A stretch of 32,000 bases of DNA from Paramaledivibacter caminithermalis DSM 15212 (GCF_900142245.1 NZ_FRAG01000005.1:104802-136801), one strand, 5' to 3'. Counted from the stretch's first letter, positions 16,072-25,906 are shown. Numbers and translations are program-made. Notes: generated from the sequence alone by a model not told the origin.

Positions 16072-18360
16072 GTGGATTTAATAGTAAAACAAATTGCTGC
16101 GGAGTTTAAATTGAAGGAATCCCAGGTGGCTAACACAATAAAGCTTATAGACGAAGGGAATACTATACCGTTTATTGCAAGGTATAGAAAAGAAATGACA
16201 GGTGCTTTAAGCGATGAAGTGTTAAGGGATCTTAATGAAAGACTTACATATCTAAGAAACCTAGAATCAAGAAAAGAAGAAGTAGTCCGATTAATTGATG
16301 AGCAAGGAAAATTAACTGAGGAGCTAAAAAGAGAAATACTTAGTGCTGAGGTTCTTCAGAGGGTAGAAGATTTATATAGACCCTTCAAACAAAAAAGAAG
16401 AACAAGGGCTACAAAGGCTAAAGAAAAAGGACTAGAACCATTGGCAGAATTAATACTAAGTCAAGAGATAGTTAAAGGAACAATAGAGGAATTGGCAAGG
16501 CCCTTCATTAATGAGGAATTAGAAGTAAACACTATCGAGGATGCAATAGAGGGTGCAAAGGATATAATTGCTGAAATTGTATCGGATAATGCTGAATATA
16601 GAGAAAAAATAAGAAATACGAATTTTAAAGAAGGTATTATTAGCTCTAGGGCTACGGATGAAGATGAAAAGACAGTTTATGAAATGTACTATGATTACAA
16701 TGAAGCCGTCAAAAGTATAGCCAACCACAGAATACTTGCAATAAATAGAGGAGAGAAAGAAAAAAAATTAAAGGTAAAATTAATAAGTCCAGATGAAGAA
16801 ATATTGAGCTACTTGAAAAATAAAATCATACATAATCCTAAAGCTATTACTACTGAAATATTAATACAATCGATAGAAGATTCATATAAAAGACTTATTG
16901 CTCCGTCTATAGAAAGGGAGATAAGAAACAGCCTTACGGAAAGAGCTGAAGAAGAAGCAATAAAGGTATTTGGGAAAAATACAAAGCCGCTATTACTAAT
17001 GCCTCCAGTCAAGAACGTGAGAGTATTAGCTATTGATCCTAGCTATAGAACGGGATGTAAAATTGCTGTATTAGATGAAACTGGTAAGTTACTTGATTAT
17101 ACAACTGTATATCCAAACCCGCCTCAAAACAAGGTGGAAGAATCAAAAAACACTCTGAAAGAACTTATAGAAAAATATGATATTGATATTATTCCTATTG
17201 GAAATGGCACTGCTTCAAGGGAAACGGAGCTAATAGTAGCAGAAATGTTAAGGGAAATAGATAAAGAAGTATACTATACCATTGTCAGTGAAGCAGGAGC
17301 TTCAGTTTATTCAGCATCAAAATTAGCAACAGAAGAATATCCAGATATAGATGTATCTATTAGGGGGGCTATTTCTATAGGTCGCAGGCTTCAGGACCCA
17401 CTTGCAGAACTTGTAAAGATAGATCCTAAAAGCATAGGTGTAGGTCAATATCAGCATGACTTAAATCAAGGTAAATTAGGAGAAACATTAAAGAATGTGG
17501 TAGAAGACTGTGTGAATAGTGTTGGTGTGGATTTAAATACTGCTTCACCTTCTCTACTTAAATATGTATCAGGAATTTCAGCTTCCATTGCAAAGAATAT
17601 AGTTAAATACAGAGAAGAAAATGGAAAATTCACTAATAGAAATCAGCTTAAAAAAGTTAAGCGATTAGGAGACAAGGCATATGAGCAATGTGCTGGTTTT
17701 CTTAGAATTTCAGATGGTGATAATCCTTTAGATAATACAGCTGTTCATCCAGAATCATACGATATTACCATGAAATTCATAGAAAAATTAGGCTATACCC
17801 AAGATGATATTAGAGAAGGTAAGCTTAAGAATATAGAAGATAAGATATTAGAATATGAAATAGAGGATGAAAATAAAATTAATGAAAATAAGCAAAGCAT
17901 GAAAAGTATAAAATCCTTAAAAGGTTTAGCAAACTTTAAACTTGAGAATAATAAAGCAAAACAGGATAAGTCAAAAAATCTCGAAGAAAAACTTGCAAAA
18001 TTAGCCGAAGAATTGGAGGTTGGACTTCCTACATTAAAGGATATAATCAAAGAAATAAAAAAACCAGGCAGAGACCCGAGAGAAGAAATGCCAAAGCCTA
18101 TTTTTAGAAGTGATGTTCTAAAGATGGAGGATTTAAAGCTTGATATGATTATGTCTGGAACTGTAAGGAATGTAGTGGATTTCGGTGCATTCGTAGATAT
18201 AGGAGTTAAACAAGATGGTCTTGTTCATATATCTGAATTAAGCAACAAGTTTGTAAAGAGTCCAATGGATATAGTTTCAGTTGGTGATGAAGTTAAGGTT
18301 AAGATTATTGGATTAGATATAGAGAGAGGGAAGATATCCTTAAGCATGAAACAGGTTTAA
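16072..18360 (+). CDS. tex: Tex-like transcription accessory protein (YqgF/RuvC-like, HhH and S1 domains)
   Basis: IPFIARYRKEMTG N-terminus and a C-terminal S1 domain (GTVRNVVDFGAFVDIGVKQDGLVHISEL). GTG start after AAAGGAGCG. Confidence 0.92.
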   Translation: MDLIVKQIAAEFKLKESQVANTIKLIDEGNTIPFIARYRKEMTGALSDEVLRDLNERLTYLRNLESRKEEVVRLIDEQGKLTEELKREILSAEVLQRVEDLYRPFKQKRRTRATKAKEKGLEPLAELILSQEIVKGTIEELARPFINEELEVNTIEDAIEGAKDIIAEIVSDNAEYREKIRNTNFKEGIISSRATDEDEKTVYEMYYDYNEAVKSIANHRILAINRGEKEKKLKVKLISPDEEILSYLKNKIIHNPKAITTEILIQSIEDSYKRLIAPSIEREIRNSLTERAEEEAIKVFGKNTKPLLLMPPVKNVRVLAIDPSYRTGCKIAVLDETGKLLDYTTVYPNPPQNKVEESKNTLKELIEKYDIDIIPIGNGTASRETELIVAEMLREIDKEVYYTIVSEAGASVYSASKLATEEYPDIDVSIRGAISIGRRLQDPLAELVKIDPKSIGVGQYQHDLNQGKLGETLKNVVEDCVNSVGVDLNTASPSLLKYVSGISASIAKNIVKYREENGKFTNRNQLKKVKRLGDKAYEQCAGFLRISDGDNPLDNTAVHPESYDITMKFIEKLGYTQDDIREGKLKNIEDKILEYEIEDENKINENKQSMKSIKSLKGLANFKLENNKAKQDKSKNLEEKLAKLAEELEVGLPTLKDIIKEIKKPGRDPREEMPKPIFRSDVLKMEDLKLDMIMSGTVRNVVDFGAFVDIGVKQDGLVHISELSNKFVKSPMDIVSVGDEVKVKIIGLDIERGKISLSMKQV

Positions 18361-18487
18361 TAAGGAATTTCAAGCAAAACCATTTTAGGGGGAAATTAGC
18401 TTAAAAGTGGAACTTAAAAAAGTTGAACTATTACTAAAAAAGTGTGGAAATATATCTCGAGATATTGTAAAATCTAATTATATATAC

Positions 18488-18608
18488 TTAAGAAAATTTT
18501 ATAATATATTTAAATAATTTTGGAGTGCGAAATGTAGTATAGAGAGTCAAAAAAGCTATCTGCATATCATATTTTAAAATTATTAGTGTTAATTATGCAG
18601 GTTTCTCA
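18488..18608 (+). repeat. Family-3 structured element, copy II, ending 19 nt before the MFS start codon
   Basis: Contains TATAAT (18500-18505), then AATTTTGGAGTGCGAAATGTAGTATAGAGAGTCAAAAAAGCTATCTGCATATCATATTTTAAAATTATTAGTGTTAATTATGCAGGTTTCTCA. I count 12 substitutions and no indels versus copy III over the 93-nt core. Confidence 0.85.
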
Positions 18609-18626
18609 CTTGAAAGGAGAGTTTCA

Positions 18627-19928
18627 ATGTCTCAATTAGATAATACAAAGGTTAAAAGGCTTATGACCTATCGCTATGTTGTATGGGGAGTGCTATCTTT
18701 AGCATACATTATCGTTTTTTTTCATAGACTGGCTGTTGGTGTTGTTAGGGATGAATTAGTAAATACCTTCAATATCACAGGGGCGACCTTTGGTAATCTT
18801 GGGTCAACCTATTTTTATGCATATATGCTTATGCAAATTCCTTCAGGTATGCTGGCGGATTCACTGGGTGCTCGCAAAACAGTAACTGTAGGAACTTTGT
18901 TAGCTGGAATAGGTTCCATAGTTTTTGGCTATGCCCCAACAATCATGTGGGCTTTTTTAGGAAGATTAGTGGTGGGTTTAGGTGTATCTGTTGTTTTTAT
19001 ATCTATCCTTAAAATTCAATCCCAGTGGTTTAAGGAAAGTGAATTTGGAACTATGTCAGGTATAACATCCTTTGTTGGCAATTTAGGTGGTATTTTAGCA
19101 AAAGCTCCCTTGGTAATAATGGTAGGATATTTGACATGGAGAGTGTCATTTGCAGTTATAGGAGTATTATCAATAGTAATTTCAATACTATGCTATGTAT
19201 TAGCCAGAAATACTCCACAGGAAATGGGACTACCATCAATAGCAGAAATAGAAGGAAGGGAAGTAAAAAAATCTTTTAAAAAGAAACCTAATCTCATAAA
19301 GGGATTAATAAAAGTTATTTCTAATTCCAAAACTTGGCCAGGTTTTGTGGTTTTTGCTGGATTTTTTGGAGCATTTGTTACTTTATCAGGGTCTTGGGGA
19401 GAAGCTTATTTAATAGAAGTTTATAATATTCCAAAGGTTAAAGCTGCAAGCTATACAATGACTGCTGTTATTGGATTGGCAGTAGGCAGTATAGTTATTG
19501 GAAAATTTTCTGATAGTATTAAAAAAAGAAAACTACCTATGTTTGTGTTTGGTACTGTATATGTAATAAGTTGGACTATTTTAGTTTTCTTAAATGGTGG
19601 AAAGCCACCCATTGAAATTCTAATGCCTTTATTATTTATGCTAGGATTTACATGTCCTGTTTTTGTATTAGGGTGGGCATGTGCAAAGGAGGTTAATCCT
19701 CCTGAAATAGCAGGTATTTCAACTTCTGTAGTAAATATCGGCGGTTTCTTAGGAGCTGCTATTTTGCCACCGTTATTAGGGAAAGTATTTGATAAGTTCG
19801 CAGGTACTATGTCTCCAGTGGAGCTTTATCATAAAGCTTTTATGTATTCATTTATATCGGCTTTGATAGGTTTTATATTTATATTTCTTATTAAAGAGAC
19901 AAATTGTAGAAATGTTTATAAAGACTAA
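18627..19928 (+). CDS. MFS transporter (12-TM), substrate unknown
   Basis: 433 aa, hydrophobic throughout. MFS motif A-like GMLADSLGARK between TM2 and TM3. RBS GAAAGGAG. Confidence 0.85.
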   Translation: MSQLDNTKVKRLMTYRYVVWGVLSLAYIIVFFHRLAVGVVRDELVNTFNITGATFGNLGSTYFYAYMLMQIPSGMLADSLGARKTVTVGTLLAGIGSIVFGYAPTIMWAFLGRLVVGLGVSVVFISILKIQSQWFKESEFGTMSGITSFVGNLGGILAKAPLVIMVGYLTWRVSFAVIGVLSIVISILCYVLARNTPQEMGLPSIAEIEGREVKKSFKKKPNLIKGLIKVISNSKTWPGFVVFAGFFGAFVTLSGSWGEAYLIEVYNIPKVKAASYTMTAVIGLAVGSIVIGKFSDSIKKRKLPMFVFGTVYVISWTILVFLNGGKPPIEILMPLLFMLGFTCPVFVLGWACAKEVNPPEIAGISTSVVNIGGFLGAAILPPLLGKVFDKFAGTMSPVELYHKAFMYSFISALIGFIFIFLIKETNCRNVYKD

Positions 19929-19997
19929 GAGATGTTGAATGTTTTAATGAGATATGTTAAATGTTATTATTGTATAAAATCCTAAGGTCAAAAGAAT
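19929..19997. repeat. Family-2 module D (left arm and core only)
   Basis: GAGATGTTGAATGTTTTAATGAGATATGTTAAATGTTATT begins right after the MFS TAA. Core AGGTCAAAAGAAT at 19985-19997. Confidence 0.5.
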
Positions 19998-20007
19998 AAT
20001 TTATATG

Positions 20008-20040
20008 GGACTCCTTAAATTAGGAGTCCTAAAATATTTT
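20008..20040 (+). terminator. Probable terminator after the MFS gene
   Basis: Perfect 8-bp stem GGACTCCT / AGGAGTCC, loop TAAATT. The T run is displaced by TAAAATA. Confidence 0.55.
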
Positions 20041-20142
20041 TTTCTTTAAATATATAAAAAAAGTTATATAATAGAAGGAGAACTTAATTTTCACATTGAA
20101 CTAAGATATTGATATCTATATAGTTTTGTATTTAACATTCAA

Positions 20143-20246
20143 TATAGGAATTTAAGTAAAGACTTTAATTTATACATGTCCAAAATGCCCAGAAACATTG
20201 CATATTTGTACATGTATAAATTAAGTTTTACTATGTAAATTCTATA
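20143..20246 (+). repeat. Family-1 long-hairpin element, copy 3
   Basis: Near-identical to 10461-10566. The right arm carries TTGTAC (20206-20211), a 17-nt spacer and TACTAT (20229-20234), pointing at the amidohydrolase gene. Confidence 0.9.
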
Positions 20247-20285
20247 TGTAATAGACTATAAAGTATAACTAGAGGGGGATTATTA

Positions 20286-21452
20286 ATGTTACTTATCAAA
20301 AACGGAAAAGTTTTTACAATGGAAGGCAAGATTTTTGAAAGAGCAAGTATATTAGTTGAGGATGGAAAAATTAAAGAGATAGGAGAAAATATTGTTGCAC
20401 CCCTTGATGCACAGGTTATTGATGCAGAGGGAAGAATAGTAATGCCAGGTTTTATCGATGCCCACTGTCATCTAGGAATGTGGGAGGACTCTATAGGCTT
20501 TGAAGGAGCAGATGGAAATGAAATGACTGACCCAGTTACACCACAGCTTAGGGCTATTGACGGGATAAATCCTTTGGATAGAACCTTTGAGGAAACTAGA
20601 CAGGGCGGTGTAACATGCGCTGCTACTGGTCCAGGTAGTGCCAATGTTATTGGTGGACAATTTGTTGCAATAAAGACCTATGGTGATAGGATAGATGATA
20701 TGATAGTTAAAGAGCCTTTAGCTATGAAATGTGCCTTTGGAGAAAACCCTAAAAGAGTATACAATGAGAAAAAACAATCGCCCATGACTAGAATGGCAAC
20801 AGCAGCAATTCTAAGGGAAACTCTTATGAAGGCTAAGGAATATAAAGATAAGTTGGAAGCTGCTGGAGAAGATGAATCAAAGAAGCCAGCATTAGATGTA
20901 AAAATGGAGGCAATGCTTAAGGTATTAAATGGAGAGATACCATTAAAGGCCCATGCCCATAGGGCAGATGATATTTTAACATCTATAAGAATAGCTAAGG
21001 AATTTGGAGTAAAGTTAACTCTAGAGCATTGTACGGAAGGACATCTAATAGCCCACCATATAAAAAAGGAAGGATTGCCTGCAATAGTTGGGCCAAGCTT
21101 TGGAGAAAGATGTAAATTTGAACTTAAGAATCTTACCTTTGAAACACCAGGAGTTTTAAGTAAAGCAGGAGTTAAGGTTGCTATTATGACTGACCATCCT
21201 GTAATTCCATTACAGCATTTAGGTTTATGTGCAGCTTTAGCCGTTAAGGCAGGCATGGATGAAGAAGAAGCCTTAAAGGCAATTACTATAAATCCTGCGC
21301 AGATTTTAGGAATAGATGATAGAGTAGGTAGCATCAAGGAAGGCAAGGATGCAGACATAGTTATATGGAGTAATCATCCATTTGAAATTAAATCTGAGGT
21401 TTTATATACAATTATTGATGGAAAAGTGGTTTATGAGAACAAAGCCGAATAA
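20286..21452 (+). CDS. Metal-dependent amidohydrolase-superfamily protein
   Basis: GFIDAHCHLG (HxH metal ligands), later HAHRADD, HCTEGH and a C-terminal GKDADIVIW. RBS AGAGGGGGA. Confidence 0.85.
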   Translation: MLLIKNGKVFTMEGKIFERASILVEDGKIKEIGENIVAPLDAQVIDAEGRIVMPGFIDAHCHLGMWEDSIGFEGADGNEMTDPVTPQLRAIDGINPLDRTFEETRQGGVTCAATGPGSANVIGGQFVAIKTYGDRIDDMIVKEPLAMKCAFGENPKRVYNEKKQSPMTRMATAAILRETLMKAKEYKDKLEAAGEDESKKPALDVKMEAMLKVLNGEIPLKAHAHRADDILTSIRIAKEFGVKLTLEHCTEGHLIAHHIKKEGLPAIVGPSFGERCKFELKNLTFETPGVLSKAGVKVAIMTDHPVIPLQHLGLCAALAVKAGMDEEEALKAITINPAQILGIDDRVGSIKEGKDADIVIWSNHPFEIKSEVLYTIIDGKVVYENKAE

Positions 21453-21513
21453 AAAGGCTTTGTTAGTTCCAAGTTGCATGTTGCAAGTTTTTGAGTCATT
21501 CTTTTAGGCTGAA

Positions 21514-21542
21514 AAAGCTATCCATAGACTAGGATAGCTTTT
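21514..21542 (+). terminator. Rho-independent terminator for the amidohydrolase gene, inside module E
   Basis: Perfect 10-bp stem AAAGCTATCC / GGATAGCTTT, loop ATAGACTA, T run. Confidence 0.7.
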
Positions 21543-21603
21543 AGCTAGTTCCTATTAAATTTCTCAAATAGTATAATTTATAAATGAAGAGAAAAAGTGA
21601 CTT

Positions 21604-21657
21604 GGGGACTGACCCAGCTGACACACATGTTTTTAGTGTGTCTGGGGGTCTGTCCCC
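21604..21657 (+). other. GC-rich long hairpin, candidate small RNA or structured element
   Basis: GGGGACTGACCCAGCTGACACAC / GTGTGTCTGGGGGTCTGTCCCC. 18 base pairs in three helical segments (6+5+7), loop ATGTTTTTA. TATAAT lies at 21572-21577 upstream and ATATCATTTTTT downstream. Confidence 0.45.
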
Positions 21658-21835
21658 ATATCATTTTTTGTAGGTTGAAATATATATCTATAGACCCAAA
21701 AGAATAACAAAAATCCTAGAACTTGTAACATAGAACTTGTAACTAACAATCTCCCCTCTTGTCTAGCTTTATAATCTATTGTATTATGGAGATAATATGT
21801 ATTATAAGTAAAGACGTTGAAGGTTGGAGGTTGTA

Positions 21836-22297
21836 GTGTTGAAGAAAATTATTTGTAGAAATGAGGAAGAAACTAAGGAGCTAGGATATAAAATAGGTAA
21901 ACTTTTGGATAAAGGAGATATTGTATGTCTTACAGGTGATTTAGGGGCAGGAAAGACTACCCTAACTAAATCCATAGCTAAAGGCTTGGAGGTTAGGGAG
22001 GATGTTACAAGCCCTACCTTTAACATAATACATGAATACCATGGAAGATTTCCAGTCTATCATTTTGATGTATACAGAATAATGGATATAGATGAAATGT
22101 ATGATATAGGATATGAAGAGTATTTTTATGGTGATGGAGTATGTATAGTAGAATGGGCATCTCAGATAGAAGAATTAATTCCTAAGGAATGTCTATGGAT
22201 AGATATAAAACTAAGTGATAAAATAGATAGTAGAGTTTTTTATATCAAAGGCACAACGAGGCATTATGAAAGTGTTATTGAGGAGTTGATTAGATAA
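21836..22297 (+). CDS. tsaE: tRNA t6A37 biosynthesis ATPase TsaE
   Basis: P-loop GDLGAGKTTLTK and SPTFNIIHEY. The ORF opens at TTG 21824, but GTG 21836 or TTG 21839 follow the SD GGAGG (21826-21830). Confidence 0.9.
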   Translation: MLKKIICRNEEETKELGYKIGKLLDKGDIVCLTGDLGAGKTTLTKSIAKGLEVREDVTSPTFNIIHEYHGRFPVYHFDVYRIMDIDEMYDIGYEEYFYGDGVCIVEWASQIEELIPKECLWIDIKLSDKIDSRVFYIKGTTRHYESVIEELIR

Positions 22298-23025
22298 TGA
22301 ATATATTGGCTATAGATACATCTTCTATTGTTGCCACTGTGGCAGTAATGGATAGGAAAAAATTGCTTGGTGAATATACTATAAATAGTCCCATGACCCA
22401 TTCACAGAAACTCATGCCTATTATAGATGAGCTTCTATCAACCCTTGAATTATCAATGGAGGATATAGAGCTTATAGCAGTATCAAGAGGCCCTGGTTCC
22501 TTTACAGGAATAAGAATAGGCATTGCAACAGTAAAGGGTTTGGCACATGGATGGAATATACCTGTAATAGGAGTTTCAAGTTTAGAAGGCCTTGCATATA
22601 ATATTACATATAGTAAAGAATTAATTTGTCCGATAATGGATGCTAGAAGAAATCAAGTTTATACAGGAGTTTATAAATGGGTTAAGCATAAGCTTGTAGA
22701 CATAATAAAGGAAGCTCCATCAAGTATAGATAAACTCATTGATGAACTTAAGCAAAGACAAGAGAAAGTTATTTTTCTCGGAGATGGATTAGGCAGATAT
22801 AAAGATGATATTATTAGCAGCTTAGGAGAAAAAGCAGTGTTTGCTCCTCAATACGTAAATATGCAGAGGGCTTCCTCCATAGCACAGCTTGCTCTTGATA
22901 AAATAAATGGAGGGCAATCAAAACCTGAAAATTATTTAAACATCACTCCAGTTTATTTAAGAAAGTCTGAAGCCGAAAGACAATATGAAGAAAAAATGAA
23001 AAGGTGCAGTGAAATTAATGAGTAA
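22297..23025 (+). CDS. tsaB: tRNA t6A37 biosynthesis protein TsaB
   Basis: MNILAIDTSS..., GPGSFTGIRIG. ATGA-type overlap with the tsaE stop. Confidence 0.9.
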   Translation: MNILAIDTSSIVATVAVMDRKKLLGEYTINSPMTHSQKLMPIIDELLSTLELSMEDIELIAVSRGPGSFTGIRIGIATVKGLAHGWNIPVIGVSSLEGLAYNITYSKELICPIMDARRNQVYTGVYKWVKHKLVDIIKEAPSSIDKLIDELKQRQEKVIFLGDGLGRYKDDIISSLGEKAVFAPQYVNMQRASSIAQLALDKINGGQSKPENYLNITPVYLRKSEAERQYEEKMKRCSEINE

Positions 23026-23461
23026 TATTACTGTTAGAGAAATGACTCTAGATGATATTGATTCAGTCATAGAAATTGAAAATAGCAGCTTTCTTACTCC
23101 TTGGACTAGGGAGTCCTTTGAAAAGGAAATAAGAAATAATCAGCTGGCAAAATACCTAGTAATAGAGTATGAAAATCAGATAGTAGGCTATGGTGGCATG
23201 TGGATTATAATAGATGAAGCACATATTACAAACATAGCAATACACAAGGATTTTAGAAATAAAAAATTAGGAAGTTTTTTAGTTGAATCCATGATAGAAT
23301 ATGCAGAAAGCTTAAGAATATATAGGATGACTTTAGAGGTTCGGGAAAGTAATATTGCTGCTCAAGGGCTTTATATGAAATTAGGCTTTAAACCCTGTGG
23401 GAAAAGACCAAAGTACTATCATGACAATAATGAAGATGCTATTATTATGTGGAGAGGCTAG
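23018..23461 (+). CDS. rimI: Ribosomal-protein-alanine N-acetyltransferase RimI (GNAT)
   Basis: GNAT core HITNIAIHKDFRNKKLGSFLV. tsaE-tsaB-rimI synteny. ATG 23018 is preferred over GTG 23009 on RBS spacing. Confidence 0.85.
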   Translation: MSNITVREMTLDDIDSVIEIENSSFLTPWTRESFEKEIRNNQLAKYLVIEYENQIVGYGGMWIIIDEAHITNIAIHKDFRNKKLGSFLVESMIEYAESLRIYRMTLEVRESNIAAQGLYMKLGFKPCGKRPKYYHDNNEDAIIMWRG

Positions 23462-23473
23462 AGCCTCTTTTTT
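23451..23473 (+). terminator. Rho-independent terminator overlapping the rimI stop codon
   Basis: AGAGGC / GCCTCT stem with loop TAGA (which contains the TAG stop), then a T6 run. Confidence 0.7.
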
Positions 23474-23494
23474 CATGGGAAGGTTTTGAGGGAT

Positions 23495-23548
23495 GAGGTT
23501 AAGGTTGAGATTAAGATTGAGACTAAAATTAAGATTAAGAATTAGGGT
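23495..23548. repeat. Degenerate hexamer tandem array, 9 units of (A/G)AG(A/G)TT
   Basis: GAGGTT AAGGTT GAGATT AAGATT GAGACT AAAATT AAGATT AAGAAT TAGGGT, followed by GGGTCATAAATTTT (core-like). Confidence 0.8.
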
Positions 23549-23795
23549 CATAAATTTTGAGTAAAAATAAAGAAAAAAGCCCAAAGCTAATATTATTTTT
23601 AAGATTCTTTTAATATTATTATGACTAAAGTTAATATATAATTGAGTATGGAAGAATTATTCACATGGTTCTAGAAGTTATTGATTAGCCTCTGAGTTTG
23701 TTTAGCTATAAGATTTGTTGAAGTATTCTAAAACTAGGCATTTTTTTGTTGGGAAAATTTAAAAAATATGAAAATATGAAGGGATTTTTATATAG

Positions 23796-23824
23796 TTGTC
23801 GTTTATAGTATTTAGAATTAAAAT
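23796..23824 (+). promoter_or_regulatory. Candidate sigma-A promoter for the efflux operon
   Basis: TTGTCG (23796-23801), 17-nt spacer, TAAAAT (23819-23824), about 34 nt upstream of ATG 23858. Confidence 0.4.
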
Positions 23825-23857
23825 CTATATGAAGCATACTAGATTAGGAGGGTAAAA

Positions 23858-25126
23858 ATGCGTAAATTTAAAAAGAAAAATATACTTATTATTTCAGCTG
23901 TATTAATAGTTGTAGCCTTTATTTCATTAGCTACGGTAAATGCCATGAGGTTAAAGGAACAAGGGGGATTACCTGTCAAAACCACTAGTATTTTAAAGCA
24001 GGACATCGAATCCAATATTTTTGCAAGTGGAACAATTGTCTCCAAGGAAGAAAGAGAAATTACATCAGATTTATCGGGTAAGGTGAGGGAAGTATTGGTA
24101 GAAGAAGGAATGAAGGTAAAAAAAGGAGATCTACTTGCTAAGCTTGACTCCGATGAACTAGAATATAATTTAAAGCAAAGTGAAATAAAGCTAGAGGTAG
24201 CTAAGGATAAGCTGAATCAGCTTAGAAAAGAAAATATGTCAACATTGGAAACAGAATATAAAAATACTCAAATTAGATATAAGGATGCAAAGAAAAAGTA
24301 TGAAGATAAAAAAGCTCTTTTTGAAGCTGGAGCCATAAGTGAAAACGAGCTAGAACAAGCAAAAAGTGATATGCAGACAGCTTATAATGATTATACTTTG
24401 GCAAAGAAAAAATATGAGGATGCTGATGTTCTAGGAGAAATAAGGATACAGGAAAAAGAAGTAAGGGCCATGGAACTTGAAATAGAAAAAATTAAATCAG
24501 ATATAAAAAAGACAAATATAATCAGTCCTATAGATGGAACTGTTATAGAAGTCAATATTTCAGAGCTATCTATTATTGCAGCAAATACATTAATGTTTAA
24601 AATTCAAGATACAGAGAATTTAGAGGTAATTACTAATATAAGTGAATATGATGTTGGGAAAGTAAAAATCGGGCAAACCGTTAATGTAACCAGCGATGGG
24701 GCAGAAAACAAGGAATATAAAGGAACAGTAGCATATATATCACCAAATGCAGTAGTGGAAAAGAATGGTCAAGGAACAGAGACAGTTGTGAAGGTTAAAG
24801 TAGATATCAATAGTAAGAATACACAATTCAAGCCAAACTTTTCTGCAAATGTAGAAATAAATACTGCAAATAAAAAAGATGTCTTGGTAGTACCATATGA
24901 AGCCATATATGCTGATAAGGATGGCACTAAATGTATTTACATTGTAGAAGATAATAAAGCCAAAAAATGTGTTATAAATACGGGAATAGAAGGGGACATG
25001 GTGACTGAAATAATTGGTGATGGTTTAAAGGAAAATGACTTAGTTATATTAAATCCTACAGAAAAAATCAAGGATGGTATGGATGTTAAAGTTAATAAAG
25101 GAATACAAGGTAAGAAAGGAAATTAA
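23858..25126 (+). CDS. Efflux periplasmic adaptor (HlyD/MacA-type membrane fusion protein)
   Basis: N-terminal TM anchor, long coiled-coil hairpin, barrel-sandwich and beta-barrel C-terminal region ([12 protein letters not shown]). Precedes MacB-type ABC genes. Confidence 0.85.
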   Translation: MRKFKKKNILIISAVLIVVAFISLATVNAMRLKEQGGLPVKTTSILKQDIESNIFASGTIVSKEEREITSDLSGKVREVLVEEGMKVKKGDLLAKLDSDELEYNLKQSEIKLEVAKDKLNQLRKENMSTLETEYKNTQIRYKDAKKKYEDKKALFEAGAISENELEQAKSDMQTAYNDYTLAKKKYEDADVLGEIRIQEKEVRAMELEIEKIKSDIKKTNIISPIDGTVIEVNISELSIIAANTLMFKIQDTENLEVITNISEYDVGKVKIGQTVNVTSDGAENKEYKGTVAYISPNAVVEKNGQGTETVVKVKVDINSKNTQFKPNFSANVEINTANKKDVLVVPYEAIYADKDGTKCIYIVEDNKAKKCVINTGIEGDMVTEIIGDGLKENDLVILNPTEKIKDGMDVKVNKGIQGKKGN

Positions 25127-25127
25127 T

Positions 25128-25817
25128 ATGATTAAGATTGAAAACCTTTGGAAAATTTATAGTAATGGAAATATCAAGGTTGAGGCTCTCAAGGGAGTAG
25201 ACCTTAAAATAGAAGAAGGAGAATTTGTGTCCATTATGGGACCATCAGGTTCTGGAAAGTCTACTATGATGAATATACTGGGGTGCCTTGACAAACCTAC
25301 TAAGGGTAAATATGAGCTTGATAATGCTAAGATTGAAGAATTAAACGAATTAGAATTAGCAAAGATTAGAAATAAAAAGATAGGTTTTGTTTTTCAATCC
25401 TTTAATTTATTACCAAGAACATCTGCATATAAAAATGTAGAATTACCTATGCTTTATGCCAATGTTAACTTTAAAGAGAGGCATGACAGGGCATTAGAAG
25501 CTTTAAAAAAGGTAGGGCTTGGAGATAGAATCCATCATAAGCCAAATGAACTTTCTGGAGGTCAAAAACAAAGGGTAGCTATTGCAAGGGCGTTAGTTAA
25601 CAGTCCAGCTGTTATCTTAGCCGATGAGCCTACGGGGAATCTTGATTCTAAGTCTAGTGATGAAATAATGGATATTTTTAAGAAGCTGAACGAAGAAGGA
25701 GCTACTATTGTAATAGTAACCCATGAACCTGATATAGCACAAAAAACAAAGAGAATTGTTGTTTTTAAAGATGGTGAAATAGTTGAGGATACAAAAGCTC
25801 TAAGTTCTAAGCCATAA
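25128..25817 (+). CDS. ABC transporter ATP-binding protein, MacB/LolD/FtsE-like
   Basis: Walker [10 protein letters not shown], signature [15 protein letters not shown], Walker [15 protein letters not shown] 25128 lies 1 nt after the adaptor stop; the 25074 start is an overlap artefact. Confidence 0.92.
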   Translation: MIKIENLWKIYSNGNIKVEALKGVDLKIEEGEFVSIMGPSGSGKSTMMNILGCLDKPTKGKYELDNAKIEELNELELAKIRNKKIGFVFQSFNLLPRTSAYKNVELPMLYANVNFKERHDRALEALKKVGLGDRIHHKPNELSGGQKQRVAIARALVNSPAVILADEPTGNLDSKSSDEIMDIFKKLNEEGATIVIVTHEPDIAQKTKRIVVFKDGEIVEDTKALSSKP

Positions 25818-25906
25818 GTTTAAAAGCTAGGCTCATGACTTATGAGAAGAATGAAGGATAAAGAAAATATGCTACAAGTTTTTCGCTTAACAAAGGAGTT
25901 GATAAG

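Larger units (their letters stand above)
21461..21748. repeat. Family-2 module E: MITE-like element with ~31-bp (extendable to ~50-bp) terminal inverted repeats and ~190-bp cargo
   Basis: Left TGTTAGTTCCAAGTTGCATGTTGCAAGTTTT (21461-21491) versus the reverse complement of 21718-21748, TGTTAGTTACAAGTTCTATGTTACAAGTTCT: 26 of 31 identical by hand. Inner arms TCATTCTTTTAGG and CCCAAAAGAATAA are also inverted. Confidence 0.65.

Noticed and set aside
16072-18360. Slightly long Tex (762 aa) with a K/E/N-rich segment (about residues 585-640) as a possible inserted domain
   Set aside because: The segment is low-complexity linker-like sequence between the HhH region and the S1 domain. There is no sign of an independent fold or of a mobile insertion at the DNA level.
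23381-23584. 67-aa minus-strand ORF containing LNLNLNLNL
   Set aside because: It is an artefact of translating the degenerate hexamer array. It overlaps the rimI 3' end and its terminator.
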